Shown here: one piece after another, positions 11,724 to 21,557 of the stretch | Numbering within the stretch: position 1 is the first letter of the stretch | Layout: each line of letters opens with the position of its first letter | Source of the DNA: Candidatus Poribacteria bacterium | GTDB lineage: Bacteria; Poribacteria; WGA-4E; WGA-3G | Length of the DNA: 64,000 nt | Direction: 5' to 3' | NCBI GenBank assembly: GCA_965205025.1 | Contig: CBDBFU010000003.1 | Location: 150,171 to 214,170, forward strand | Notes under the pieces: model-generated | Database searches by the model: none | Told to the model about the DNA's origin: nothing | What the model saw: only the letters and a program-made list of their open reading frames with translations | Made by a program: the position numbers and the translations under genes

Positions 11724-13289
11724 TTACCAATCGGCTGTATTGAGTCTTATACCTGTAGTCCAACGTCTTTCTGTACTCCACCAATTTTCAACACCGATAA
11801 CCAAATGTCCTCCCCGATAAAACCGGTAACTTACTTCTGCGTTTAACTCTGGTTTATCGCTTGTCAATCCTATACTTTCAACCCCTAAACCTAACCGTCG
11901 TGATAACAACCAAAAGTCAATTCCCGCCCCAACCTTGGACCGCATGACACCAAATCTACCATGTAGGTAATCTGTTACATTATATCCGTATTGAATTTCA
12001 ATACCAATTTTTTCCTCTCGTATACCTAAGCCGAAACGGTATTTGCTTTTTGATGGAGGCGAAAGTGAAAATCCAAATTCAGCATCTAAGTTTTCTTCAA
12101 GACTCAAATAACGAAGTTCTGAATCCCATGTGAAATCGGGAAATCTAATCTCTTTTAATTGTCTATCTGTTTCTTTGTAAAAATCAGTTAAACCTGTAAG
12201 TAGTTCATTAATATTATTGAATGTCTTCTTTACATCTGTAATTGGTTCAGGATTATTGAGGAGTTGTGAAACAGTTCCATCGCCATGCTTTATAGTGTTT
12301 AATAATTCGCTAATATTAGATTCTAAAGAAGTGACAGAAGCAGTTGCTATTTGAAGATTCTTTATAATTGGTTCAATATCTACACTGCTTTTTTCAATGA
12401 AGCCACTCCCTTGATTAATAAGACCTGAGATTTGGGTTTTTATAACACTGGAGTCTTTTTGTATTTGAGTTGCTATGGTTCGAAATTCTGCGGTCCCCTG
12501 TTGTAAATCTGTCATCATAGAATTTACTTTGGGGTAATTTTGGTCAATTATTCTCATCAAGGTACGACTGACATCACTGACTTGTGTGCTGAGTATCAAC
12601 GAATCGCTTCCGAGTTGGTCTAACAATTTGTCAACTTTAGAAAGAGTGGTCTGGAAACGTCTGTCGTAATCCGTAGTGAGACCCAGTAAAGTCTCAACGG
12701 TTTTATCCATATTCTCGCCAAATCTTTCAAGGGTCTTACTTGTTAGTGCAACTAATTCTCGTGTTTCTTTTATTCCTTGCTGAATTTCTTCCTGGTTCGC
12801 TTGAAGAAGTTCGTTTGCAGCAGAGGTTAATTCGATAGCTTTACTAAGTCCAGAACTTGTTTGTTCGAGTAATTCAAGTGGATTGACAGGATCAATTCCT
12901 ATAATTGGCAGATCACTTGGTTGTAATGGAGGATTTCCAATATCACCATTATTTAATGCGATGTAGGTTTCTCCTACAAATCCACTCATGGAGATCCGTG
13001 CATCGCATCCTTTTCTCAACCATTCAAAGGCGTTCTTAACCCGGGCTTTAATTTCTACAGAATTCGTCTCAGGATTGAGAATAATGTTTGTCACCTTTCC
13101 AATAGAGACACCGGATAGGTAGACTCCAGCACCCACATAAAGACCGTTTACAGCTTGAAATTGGAATGTTATATCGTTTCCACTGGTTGCCCACGGCCAA
13201 TTTCCTGCGTTGGTGAGTAGTATCGAAAGTAGAATTACTGCAATTATGACCATTAATCCTACTTTCACAGAGGGTGTCCAAAACTTCAT
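11724..13289 (-). CDS. mlaD: Long MlaD/MCE protein with helical stalk and C-terminal beta-rich domain
   Basis: N-terminal TM, MCE motif GL.VGA.V.LSGV.IG.V, long heptad-like region, then alternating beta-strands ending in Trp. Confidence 0.85.
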   Translation of the reverse strand: MKFWTPSVKVGLMVIIAVILLSILLTNAGNWPWATSGNDITFQFQAVNGLYVGAGVYLSGVSIGKVTNIILNPETNSVEIKARVKNAFEWLRKGCDARISMSGFVGETYIALNNGDIGNPPLQPSDLPIIGIDPVNPLELLEQTSSGLSKAIELTSAANELLQANQEEIQQGIKETRELVALTSKTLERFGENMDKTVETLLGLTTDYDRRFQTTLSKVDKLLDQLGSDSLILSTQVSDVSRTLMRIIDQNYPKVNSMMTDLQQGTAEFRTIATQIQKDSSVIKTQISGLINQGSGFIEKSSVDIEPIIKNLQIATASVTSLESNISELLNTIKHGDGTVSQLLNNPEPITDVKKTFNNINELLTGLTDFYKETDRQLKEIRFPDFTWDSELRYLSLEENLDAEFGFSLSPPSKSKYRFGLGIREEKIGIEIQYGYNVTDYLHGRFGVMRSKVGAGIDFWLLSRRLGLGVESIGLTSDKPELNAEVSYRFYRGGHLVIGVENWWSTERRWTTGIRLNTADW

Positions 13290-13335
13290 TTGACCATTCC
13301 TTTCTGTATTCGCTTCTTAAGTTTAAAATGAATTC

Positions 13336-14154
13336 TCAACAAGTCCTACTAACGTTTTCCTGTAACTCATTACCATTCCTACCTGTAAATTCCTTTAAAG
13401 TTGGATCGTTGATGTTTAAGATCTGATCAGGAGCACCAAATAGGATGAATTGTTGTAAGATTGGATGATCTTCATTGATTATTTCCTCTGGAGTTCCGTA
13501 AGCAATTTGTTTTCCTTCATGAAGCATTACCATTAGAGTTCCGACACTAAAAGCACTATGCATATCATGTGTAACCACAATAGAAGTTACCTGTAATTGT
13601 TGATTTAAATCACGAATTAATTCATTTATTTCGGTACATGTGACCGGGTCAAGCCCGGTAGTAGGTTCATCGTATAATATTATTTCAGGATTGAAAGCGA
13701 GTGCTCGAGCAAGTCCTACCCGTTTTCTCATGCCTCCACTGAGTTGTGCAGGTCTTAGGTCTTGTACACCATCTAAATCAACTAACTTCAATTTTTCATC
13801 TACAATTTTCCGCATATCTTGTTCCGATAAGTCCGTATGCTGATTTAGCATAAAGGCAATATTTTCAGCAACACTCATAGAGTCAAATAATGCTGCGGAT
13901 TGGAACAGCATTCCTATTTTACGACGAATCTGATTCAAAGATTTCTTTTTCAGTGTGGTTATCTCTGTTCCATCAATCCAAACTTCACCTGTATCAACTG
14001 CGAGAAGTCCAGCTATAACTTTGAGTAATACACTTTTACCGCAACCACTCCGTCCCATAATTATAAGTGTTTCACCACGCGGAATCTCAAGATCTAATCC
14101 GTTTAATACTTTATTCTCACCGAAGGCTTTTCTGACGTCTTTTACTGAAATCAT
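13336..14154 (-). CDS. mlaF: MlaF-family ABC ATPase
   Basis: GRSGCGKS, LSGGMRKRVGLARA, YDEPTTGLDP; lies between mlaE and mlaD. Confidence 0.9.
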   Translation of the reverse strand: MISVKDVRKAFGENKVLNGLDLEIPRGETLIIMGRSGCGKSVLLKVIAGLLAVDTGEVWIDGTEITTLKKKSLNQIRRKIGMLFQSAALFDSMSVAENIAFMLNQHTDLSEQDMRKIVDEKLKLVDLDGVQDLRPAQLSGGMRKRVGLARALAFNPEIILYDEPTTGLDPVTCTEINELIRDLNQQLQVTSIVVTHDMHSAFSVGTLMVMLHEGKQIAYGTPEEIINEDHPILQQFILFGAPDQILNINDPTLKEFTGRNGNELQENVSRTC

Positions 14155-14182
14155 AAGTTTGTTTTTAAACTCTTAAGATCAA

Positions 14183-15007
14183 TTAAATCAATCCAAATAT
14201 ATTAAATAAAATATGGTTCAACACAAAGTCTAATACAAGTATTGTTATGAGAGATATAACCGCAGAACCTGTTGTTGCTGTTCCAACTCCCTCTGCCCCA
14301 CCTGCTGTAGAAATGCTGAACCCTTTGTAACATCCTACTGCAGCAATTGCCATTCCAAAAGAAGTAGCCTTAATTAGACTTATTAGAACACTTCCAACGT
14401 ATAGATGTTTTTGAACTTCTAAAACATAAAAGTAACCGTTGAAGCCGAATAAGGAGACGACAGCAACAAAACCACCGAAAATACCGGCGAATGTTGAAAA
14501 TATTGTGAGGGTGGGGAGCATAATTGAACAGGCAAGAAAACGAGGAACAACAAGATATTTTACAGGATTTGTTCCCATGACTTCAAGTGCATCAATCTGT
14601 TCTGTAACCTTCATCGTTGAAAGTTCAGCTGTAATCGAAGCACCTATGCGTCCTGACAGCACAAACGCTGTTATCATAGGACCGAGTTCTTTAACGACTG
14701 AGACACTCACAAATTGTGCAACAGATCCTTCAACAGCATAAGGTTTTAACTGAACATAACCCTGGACCCCTAATACCATGCCTGTGAAGAAACCCGATAC
14801 TAAGACAACCGATAACGAGTTAAAGCCAATCAGCAAAAGCTGCTTGATCAGCAAGTCTAACTGGAGAGGTCGTTTGAAAATTTGGTATATGGTTTCAGTA
14901 AGTAAACTGACTGCATCCCCAATTTCTGAAAGCATGTAATGGAGACGATTTATTATTATGTTCTCGAATTCTCCAGAAGATGCAGTCTCAGGGGGAGAGT
15001 TACTCAT
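14183..15007 (-). CDS. mlaE: MlaE-family ABC permease
   Basis: ELGP, GRIGASITAELSTMKVTEQIDALEVMG, YLVVPR, GVGTATT. Confidence 0.93.
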   Translation of the reverse strand: MSNSPPETASSGEFENIIINRLHYMLSEIGDAVSLLTETIYQIFKRPLQLDLLIKQLLLIGFNSLSVVLVSGFFTGMVLGVQGYVQLKPYAVEGSVAQFVSVSVVKELGPMITAFVLSGRIGASITAELSTMKVTEQIDALEVMGTNPVKYLVVPRFLACSIMLPTLTIFSTFAGIFGGFVAVVSLFGFNGYFYVLEVQKHLYVGSVLISLIKATSFGMAIAAVGCYKGFSISTAGGAEGVGTATTGSAVISLITILVLDFVLNHILFNIFGLI

Positions 15008-15097
15008 AGAAATGTACCGAAATTATCTCAAGATTAGTTTAACTTATATTTCTTAACGAAGTAATTCAAAGAATGGTATCCAGTTATGAGATAATTT

Positions 15098-16438
15098 CTA
15101 TATGCTGGTATTTTCAAACCGCATCCGTGCTTTGTAAAATTGCAAGGGAATTGTTCCGGTAGGACCGTTGCGTTGTTTCCTAATTACAAGGGCTGCTTCG
15201 ACCATTTCGTTATCATAATCATCTGGATCTTCGAAATTATCTTCTCGATGTATAAAAGCTACAACATCAGCATCTTGTTCAATCGCACCAGATTCACGTA
15301 AGTCAGAAAGTTGAGGTAACTTGTTTGGTCGCCGTTCAATTTCTCTACTAAGTTGGGCACATGCAATAACTGGCAGATTCAATTCCCATGCAAGGACTTT
15401 AAGAGAACGAGAAATATCAGAGATTTCTTGCTCTCGAACATTGTAACGTTCATTCCCGCGTAATAGTTGTAGGTAGTCAACAATAATCAACCCAAGATTT
15501 TCGTAATTTGCCTTCAAACGTCGCGCCTCAGCACGTAGACTTTGAATAGACATTGTTCGATTGTCATTTATTAGGATATTTGCTTCACTAAGGCGAGACG
15601 CACTTTGAACAAGCGGAGTCCAAGATTCCTCACTGAGTTTGCCAACCCGCAAATCACCAAAATCAATATGCGATTCGGCTGATAACATTCGTAAAGCAAT
15701 ATCCTGTGCTGGCATTTCAAGACTAAATAAGGCAACAGGTCTTTCTTGTTCAATGGCGATGTTTTGTGCCATATTTAGGACTAAGGTAGTTTTCCCCATA
15801 CCGGGTCGTGCAGCTATTATAATTAGATTTCCAGACTGTAATCCAGAGGTTAGCAAATCAAAGTCATAAAAACCTGTAGGGATGCCTAAATAACGTTCTT
15901 TTTTATGGTATAACTTTTCAACTGCATCAATACCAGTTTTTAATAAGGAGCGGATATGTTCAAATCCCCGCTTGGTATCGGATTGACCTAATTCAAATAC
16001 AATTTCTTGGGATTGATTAAGGATTTCACCGATTTCTATACTTTCATCTTGTGCAAGTTCATTAATCTTACCTGTTACCTGAATCAATCTACGCCGTGTT
16101 GCTTTCTCGCGTATAATTTCAGCGTAAAATTCTGCACTTTCAGTTTCTACTATTGGCGCTTGAAGTTGATATAGGTAATCTGTTCCACCAGCTCGGTTCA
16201 ATTGCTGTTGCCGATTCAGTTCATTTGCGACAAGAATTGGATCTGCCTCACTAACCTGATTATATACAGCAAGAATTGCATTGTATATCAGTTGGTGGTC
16301 GGTTGTAAAAAAAATATCAGATGTGGAACCTAATAATTCTTCAATACGAGGAATTATTGCTTTTTCAGTCATCATTGACCCAAGCACAGCTTGTTCTGCT
16401 TCCTTATCCATAAGGGAGTCTAATGCTTGTGTCTGCAT
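15098..16438 (-). CDS. dnaB: Replicative DNA helicase
   Basis: AARPGMGKT, IVDYLQL, QLSR, LSDLRESGAIEQDAD, KQRNGPTG. Confidence 0.97.
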   Translation of the reverse strand: MQTQALDSLMDKEAEQAVLGSMMTEKAIIPRIEELLGSTSDIFFTTDHQLIYNAILAVYNQVSEADPILVANELNRQQQLNRAGGTDYLYQLQAPIVETESAEFYAEIIREKATRRRLIQVTGKINELAQDESIEIGEILNQSQEIVFELGQSDTKRGFEHIRSLLKTGIDAVEKLYHKKERYLGIPTGFYDFDLLTSGLQSGNLIIIAARPGMGKTTLVLNMAQNIAIEQERPVALFSLEMPAQDIALRMLSAESHIDFGDLRVGKLSEESWTPLVQSASRLSEANILINDNRTMSIQSLRAEARRLKANYENLGLIIVDYLQLLRGNERYNVREQEISDISRSLKVLAWELNLPVIACAQLSREIERRPNKLPQLSDLRESGAIEQDADVVAFIHREDNFEDPDDYDNEMVEAALVIRKQRNGPTGTIPLQFYKARMRFENTSI

Positions 16439-16497
16439 AAGGTATACCTAAGATTGACTGAAGTCAAGTATATGGTTCTATGCTGATTTATGGGTTT

Positions 16498-16947
16498 CTA
16501 TTCTTCTCTTTCTACAACAACTCGAAGCTCCGTAGATACATCAGCATGTAATTTTACATTAACTGTAAACACACCAAGTTCTCGAATAGGTTCAGAGAGA
16601 TCTATAACGCGTCTGTCCAATTCAAGGTTTGCTGCTTCGCGTAAAGATTCTACAATATCCGCTGGGGTGACAGAACCAAATAAACGGTCATTTTCTCCTG
16701 CGCGGCGCGTTAGATGACATGTGACCCCAACAATCTGGGCAGCAATCTCACGGGCGTATTCTCTGTCTTTAGTTTCTTGTTGATCGATAATTCGTTTCTG
16801 ATGTTCAAAATGTCGTTGATTTCGTTCTGTCGCATGTACGGCATAATCCATAGGAAGAAGATAATTTCTTGCATATCCATCAGCGACTCTTACGACATCA
16901 CCTGGTATCCCAAGTCCATCAATAGTTCTTTTTAGTATGACTTCCAT
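16498..16947 (-). CDS. rplI: 50S ribosomal protein L9; true start MEVILK at 16947
   Basis: V.VADGYARNYLLP and LFGSVT motifs; rpsF-ssb-rpsR-rplI-dnaB synteny. Confidence 0.95.
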   Translation of the reverse strand: MEVILKRTIDGLGIPGDVVRVADGYARNYLLPMDYAVHATERNQRHFEHQKRIIDQQETKDREYAREIAAQIVGVTCHLTRRAGENDRLFGSVTPADIVESLREAANLELDRRVIDLSEPIRELGVFTVNVKLHADVSTELRVVVEREE

Positions 16948-17036
16948 TTTTCCATCCCATTGGCGTGCAATTCTCATAATACAACTAATGTATTGTCTTA
17001 AAACACATAATTGCATCGCTCAGTGATTAATTATGT

Positions 17037-17237
17037 TTACCGCGTGAATGGTAATAATGCCATGTTACGCGCACGTTTCACAGCACGAGTTACCATCCGC
17101 TGTTGCTTCGCTGAGAGTCCTGAGACTCGACGGCTTACTATTTTTCCACGTTCGTTGACAAATTTTCTTAGGGTTTCAATATCTTTGTAATTTACGGATT
17201 CGAGTTTACTATACCGAGATCTACGACGATATGACAT
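17037..17237 (-). CDS. rpsR: 30S ribosomal protein S18, short form without Cys
   Basis: [21 protein letters not shown]; RBS ggag upstream of the ATG at 17237. Confidence 0.95.
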   Translation of the reverse strand: MSYRRRSRYSKLESVNYKDIETLRKFVNERGKIVSRRVSGLSAKQQRMVTRAVKRARNMALLPFTR

Positions 17238-17257
17238 GTATTTCTCCTTCGGACATA

Positions 17258-17516
17258 ATACCATTTTTACTTAGTATGTTCACATTACCAGATAATAGTC
17301 CGTAGTACAATTGGAATATGATATATTGAAAAATTGTTTCATTCAAAAAGGCTATAAAATATAGACATTTCGTCCCTACAGGACTCAAGATAGTGGACAA
17401 CACGTTTTCTATAGACATTTCGTCCCTACGGGACTCAAGAGATGTGTGTAATAGTTTTTCTATAAACATTTCGTCCCTACCAAATCAACGGTATGAATGC
17501 CATTTAGACATTCCCG
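17258..17516. repeat. Repeat cluster between ssb and rpsR: 36-bp block shared with 33245-33280, three REP-like palindromes, one 36-nt hairpin element
   Basis: atagacatttcgtccctac(g/a)ggactcaaga at 17361 and 17411. A third copy at 17461 is cut at its centre by aaatcaacggtatgaatg...cattcccg (17482-17516). Confidence 0.85.
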
Positions 17517-17615
17517 GTAATAAAGAACGGTTTAACTGATGAAAGATATTCAAATAAACCTTTATTCTTGTGAAACGATTGGTTCCTAAAAGTTATCTAA
17601 CCCAACGCGTTATAT

Positions 17616-18083
17616 TTAGAATGGGATATCGTCTTCAGTTGATGAATCATTTCCACCTTCAGATGGTGAAGATGTTTGTCCACCTGACGGTTCCATGGGT
17701 GCTCCAGAAGATGCATCATCGGAATAACTGCCGCCTTCATCACCATCACGTCTTCCACCAATTAATTGAATACGAAAAGCCGTAACAGAAAGTCTGCTTC
17801 GTTTTGTTCCATCTTCCGCTTCCCAAGAATCGAATTTAAGTGATCCTTCAAGAAAAACAGGACTTCCTTTACTCAAATATTCATTCACAACTTCGCCTTG
17901 CCTACCCCATGCAGCCACTTCAACGAAAACGGGGTTTTCTTTCTGCTCACCGGTTTGTCGGTCAGTGTATCGTTCGTTCATTGCGATTCCAAAGTTTGTG
18001 ACTGCAGTTCCACTTGGTAGATACTTCATCTCGGGGTCACGGGTAAGGTTACCCATTAGAATTACTCTGTTATAACTTGCCAT
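17616..18083 (-). CDS. ssb: Single-stranded DNA-binding protein
   Basis: NRVILMGNLTRDPE and C-terminal DDIPF. Confidence 0.97.
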   Translation of the reverse strand: MASYNRVILMGNLTRDPEMKYLPSGTAVTNFGIAMNERYTDRQTGEQKENPVFVEVAAWGRQGEVVNEYLSKGSPVFLEGSLKFDSWEAEDGTKRSRLSVTAFRIQLIGGRRDGDEGGSYSDDASSGAPMEPSGGQTSSPSEGGNDSSTEDDIPF

Positions 18084-18196
18084 GACTTGCTCCTTAATTA
18101 GTTAATTGCGAATATTGGATAATATCCTCTTAAATACTGTAAAACATAAGGTTTCTGGATATATCGGCTTGCTTCGCAGGTTGGAATGATGTTTAA

Positions 18197-18712
18197 TTAT
18201 TCAGGTTCGGCAGCTTCTTCATCCGAGTCTTGTGACACTTCTTCCGGTTCGGTGGAATCTTCATCAGATTCAGATATTTCTTCTATAGGTGAGATATCTT
18301 CATCTGGTTGTTCTGAATCTACTGGTGGTTGTTCTGAATATACAGGTTCTGCAGTGTCTTCTATAGTATTAACACTTGGTACGACTGTCGTTTCTGTTTC
18401 AGGTGGGGCTTCTTTTAATTTTTCGATGTCTTCTTCAAAGAGCACAATCATGTGCCTAAGGATTGCTTCAATTACACGAAGTGCTTGGTTTATTTGTGCG
18501 ATAAAACTGGGGGCACATTCAAATACATACACCACATAATAGCCTTCTGTATGTTTACGAATTGGATAAGCAAGTCGTCTTTTTCCCCATACATCTGTAT
18601 GGATAAGAGTTGCTTGTTGTTCTATAATGCCTTTGACATTTTCAATAAGTGCATCTGCTTCATTTTCCTCATGGTCAGGCGTAATGATAAGCATGAGTTC
18701 GTAATGGTTCAA
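18197..18712 (-). CDS. rpsF: 30S ribosomal protein S6 with a long acidic tail; TTG start at 18712
   Basis: YELMLIITP, WGKRRLAYPI, GYY; RBS gagagg upstream of the TTG. Confidence 0.93.
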   Translation of the reverse strand: MNHYELMLIITPDHEENEADALIENVKGIIEQQATLIHTDVWGKRRLAYPIRKHTEGYYVVYVFECAPSFIAQINQALRVIEAILRHMIVLFEEDIEKLKEAPPETETTVVPSVNTIEDTAEPVYSEQPPVDSEQPDEDISPIEEISESDEDSTEPEEVSQDSDEEAAEPE

Positions 18713-18717
18713 TGTAT

Positions 18718-18770
18718 ATCCTCTCTTTGGACTCACGGCTCCACTGAATAGATTATGGAGCAGAGAATGA
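18718..18770 (-). promoter_or_regulatory. S6:S18 ribosomal protein leader RNA
   Basis: Minus strand reads ttctctgctcca...tggagCCGtgagtccaaagagagg: a gctcca/tggagc stem, the CCG motif, and ctct able to pair with the SD. This fits the S6:S18 autoregulatory leader. Confidence 0.7.
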
Positions 18771-18955
18771 AATTATCATAATGTTCTATCTTTGAGATAG
18801 CATCTATTCTAAATTGTTTAACGTCGGTTAATTATACCACATTTCAAAGGGTATATCAAATTTTCTTATTGCTGATGGTGTGTAAGTTCTTGGCATTAAT
18901 TCACGCTGTTTTTGTGTATGGCTAAAGTGTTAATTTTTGTCGTCTTGAAATGGTC

Positions 18956-19070
18956 GCACTTTCACGGAAACCTTCACGGAGCAATTTTACGAAGCCTTAT
19001 TCTATAAGGGTTTATAATTTTAACATACCAATTCTCCGTGAATCACATACGTTAACTATTGCATAACTCA
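18956..19070. repeat. ~115-bp dispersed non-coding element D, copy 1
   Basis: Near-identical to 52287-52404. ttcacgga direct repeat, ccttattctataagg hairpin, then inverted tccgtgaa. Confidence 0.85.
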
Positions 19071-19121
19071 AGTGTATATTAAATGCTTCTTTGGTTTCAA
19101 TTGTCCAAACTATAGCAATCC

Positions 19122-19435
19122 TAACCCAAGTTGCTACCTATTTACTTATACCATTTCTAAAATATACTGTTGCATTGATTATGGAGATTCTGCAAGGTCA
19201 ATCTCCATGTCGCGACCGGGAGGTCGCGACATGGAGATAGTTTCCAATAATAATCAATTCCATAAAATCTATGTTATAGCATATTATTTATTAGAATTGG
19301 TATAACATAGCACTCCGCTGGAGTGCAGTATGTTGATATGCCTTTTTCTATAGACATATCACCCCTCTGGGGTAAGGAAAGTGTCTGAAAATCTGTGTTG
19401 AAACGATCAAAATCCGTTAGCAGCAACTTGGGTTA
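19122..19435. mobile_element. MITE-like element with 14-bp TIR, containing a nested second MITE and REP palindromes
   Basis: Outer TIR taacccaagttgct/agcaacttgggtta. Inner TIR tataccatttctaa (19147)/ttagaattggtata (19304). Palindrome at 19201-19238; REP-like hairpins near 19306 and 19355. Confidence 0.7.
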
Positions 19436-19540
19436 ATCCTAATATACAGACAATAAATAAGGTCTAAAAACAGCCATTTAATCCTAAATACTCAGACAGT
19501 AGCTTGTGTTGTTGTTGCATCACTCTATGCGTTGAAAAAA

Positions 19541-19579
19541 TGAAAAAAGTTACACTTTTTGTCACACGGTGTGACATTG
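19541..19579. repeat. 39-bp element E containing a perfect palindrome, copy 1
   Basis: tgaaaaaagttacactttttgtcacacggtgtgacattg, identical at 52617-52655. Confidence 0.9.
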
Positions 19580-20107
19580 AAAATGGTGTAAATTACCTCT
19601 GTACTCCCTGTCATAGACTGACTTTACTCCACTTTTAACTTGATTTATAAGAATTTCTAAAATGTGTGATTTTGTGTTCTTGTTGTCCTTTCTGATTTTG
19701 TGATTTCCAACGGTTAAAAAGGTATGCTTTTTTGACGTATATGAAACTTTGTAATTAGGATCGTTTTTATAGATAGTCATTAGTTTTTAGTTATGAGTTT
19801 ATAGTTTTTAGTTTGTGTTCTAACCTATAATCTTTTATCCTTTTTGTGATATATGTATGTTAGTTGTTAGAGATGTGTGTTTTCTTCATAATTTTTTTAT
19901 AATTTATTAAAAATGTTTGATCCGTTTCATTAAATGCTTGTTTATGTCATAAACTTTACATACCTTTGTTAAGCGTTTTGATTGATATAATCAATCTCAT
20001 GTGATATAATCCTAACTTACGCAAATCTATTAGGAAATACCTTTAATGCAACATCTTTTTGAAAACTTCGTGTAGCCGTACTAAAATGATGACTAAATTG
20101 TGTTGCT

Positions 20108-21490
20108 TTGGAACACAAACCATATAGAGGAATTATGCCGACTATATTGGAACTTTATCAGAAAACCTTTGCAAAAGATAGAGAATTGGCGGAGGCAGCA
20201 AATAAACTCTTTCCCGATGGTGTAACGCATGATAGCCGTCATATGTCTCCATTTCCAATCTATATCACACATGCTGAAGGTGCTCAGAAATATGGACTTG
20301 ATGATCAGTCTTTCATTGATTATTGGGCAGGACACGGAGCATTACTCCTTGGTCATAATCCTCCTGAAATCGTTGATGCGGTAACAGCACAGATGCATCG
20401 CGGCACACATTATGGTGCATGTCATCCGCTTGAGTTAGAATGGGGAAATCTTATAACACAACTGATACCTTCAGCTGAACGGGTCAGATTTGTTAGTTCT
20501 GGTACGGAAGCAACACTCATGGCAATTCGGCTTGCTCGAACTTATACGCAAAAGAATAAGGTGTTGAAGTTTGAAGGACATTTCCATGGATGGCACGATA
20601 GTCTAATTATGGGTGCACATAAACCGTATAATGCCCCAATCCCTGGTGTTCCACAAGAGATACTCGATACCACTATCCTATCTCCACCGAACGATATTGA
20701 TGCTGTTGAGCAATTATTGAAGACAGATGAAGATATTGCATGTGTTATTCTTGAACCGACTGGAGCATCTTTCGGTACGATTCCTACAAATGGTGAGTTT
20801 TTAAAGCAACTACGGGAACTGACACTTGATTATGGAGTGGTGCTGATTTTTGATGAAGTCATCACCGGATTTCGCGTTTCTCCTGGTGGGGCGCAAGGAT
20901 ACTACAATGTGATACCTGATCTCACAACACTTGCCAAGATTGTGGCGGGTGGTCTTCCTGGTGGGGCACTTGTTGGTAAGAAAGAGATCTTAGAACTGAT
21001 TTCAATGGACGCGGAAGAAGATGGACTGAAAATGCCACATCCCGGGACATTTAATGCAAATCCGATCTCAGCATCTGCAGGTATTGCAATGCTAAAGATT
21101 GTCAAAACCGGAAAACCTCATGAACAAGCAAACCTTATGGGGCAGAAACTTCGTGATGAACTCAATCAGGTAATTGATTCATATAAATTAGACTGGGTTA
21201 TATACGGAGAATTCTCTGGAATTCGAATTCTCGTGGGACATGGGGAGAATGATATACGTGCTATGGATTTTGATCCGTATACATGGGACTATCGTAAACT
21301 AAAGGAGAATAGCGATTCAGAATTACTTACTTCACTACGATGTGGTTTGTTGCTCAACGGTATTGACTTGGCATGCAATGGTGGTATGACAACTGCTGCA
21401 CATTCAGGTGCGGATATAGCAAAAACTGTCGATGCATTTGTACGTACAATTGAATTGATGAGAGACGATGGGTTAATCCTGAAATTATAA
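20108..21490 (+). CDS. Class III PLP aminotransferase (glutamate-1-semialdehyde aminomutase-like)
   Basis: SGTEAT.MAIRLAR, KFEGHFHG, FDEVITGFR, LAKIVAGGLPGG, HPGTFNANP. Confidence 0.88.
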   Translation: MEHKPYRGIMPTILELYQKTFAKDRELAEAANKLFPDGVTHDSRHMSPFPIYITHAEGAQKYGLDDQSFIDYWAGHGALLLGHNPPEIVDAVTAQMHRGTHYGACHPLELEWGNLITQLIPSAERVRFVSSGTEATLMAIRLARTYTQKNKVLKFEGHFHGWHDSLIMGAHKPYNAPIPGVPQEILDTTILSPPNDIDAVEQLLKTDEDIACVILEPTGASFGTIPTNGEFLKQLRELTLDYGVVLIFDEVITGFRVSPGGAQGYYNVIPDLTTLAKIVAGGLPGGALVGKKEILELISMDAEEDGLKMPHPGTFNANPISASAGIAMLKIVKTGKPHEQANLMGQKLRDELNQVIDSYKLDWVIYGEFSGIRILVGHGENDIRAMDFDPYTWDYRKLKENSDSELLTSLRCGLLLNGIDLACNGGMTTAAHSGADIAKTVDAFVRTIELMRDDGLILKL

Positions 21491-21557
21491 ACAGAAACAT
21501 TGAGTTTGATATAACATTAATGCAGTCGGTTTATTAGTGTCCGATAAGTGTCTGTGA

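Noticed and set aside
17361-17480. Regularly spaced ~30-bp repeats resembling a CRISPR mini-array (also 33300-33710 and 53123-53222)
   Set aside because: Only 2-3 degenerate copies per site, spacers short or related to each other, dispersed in both orientations, and no cas genes. REP/MITE origin fits better.
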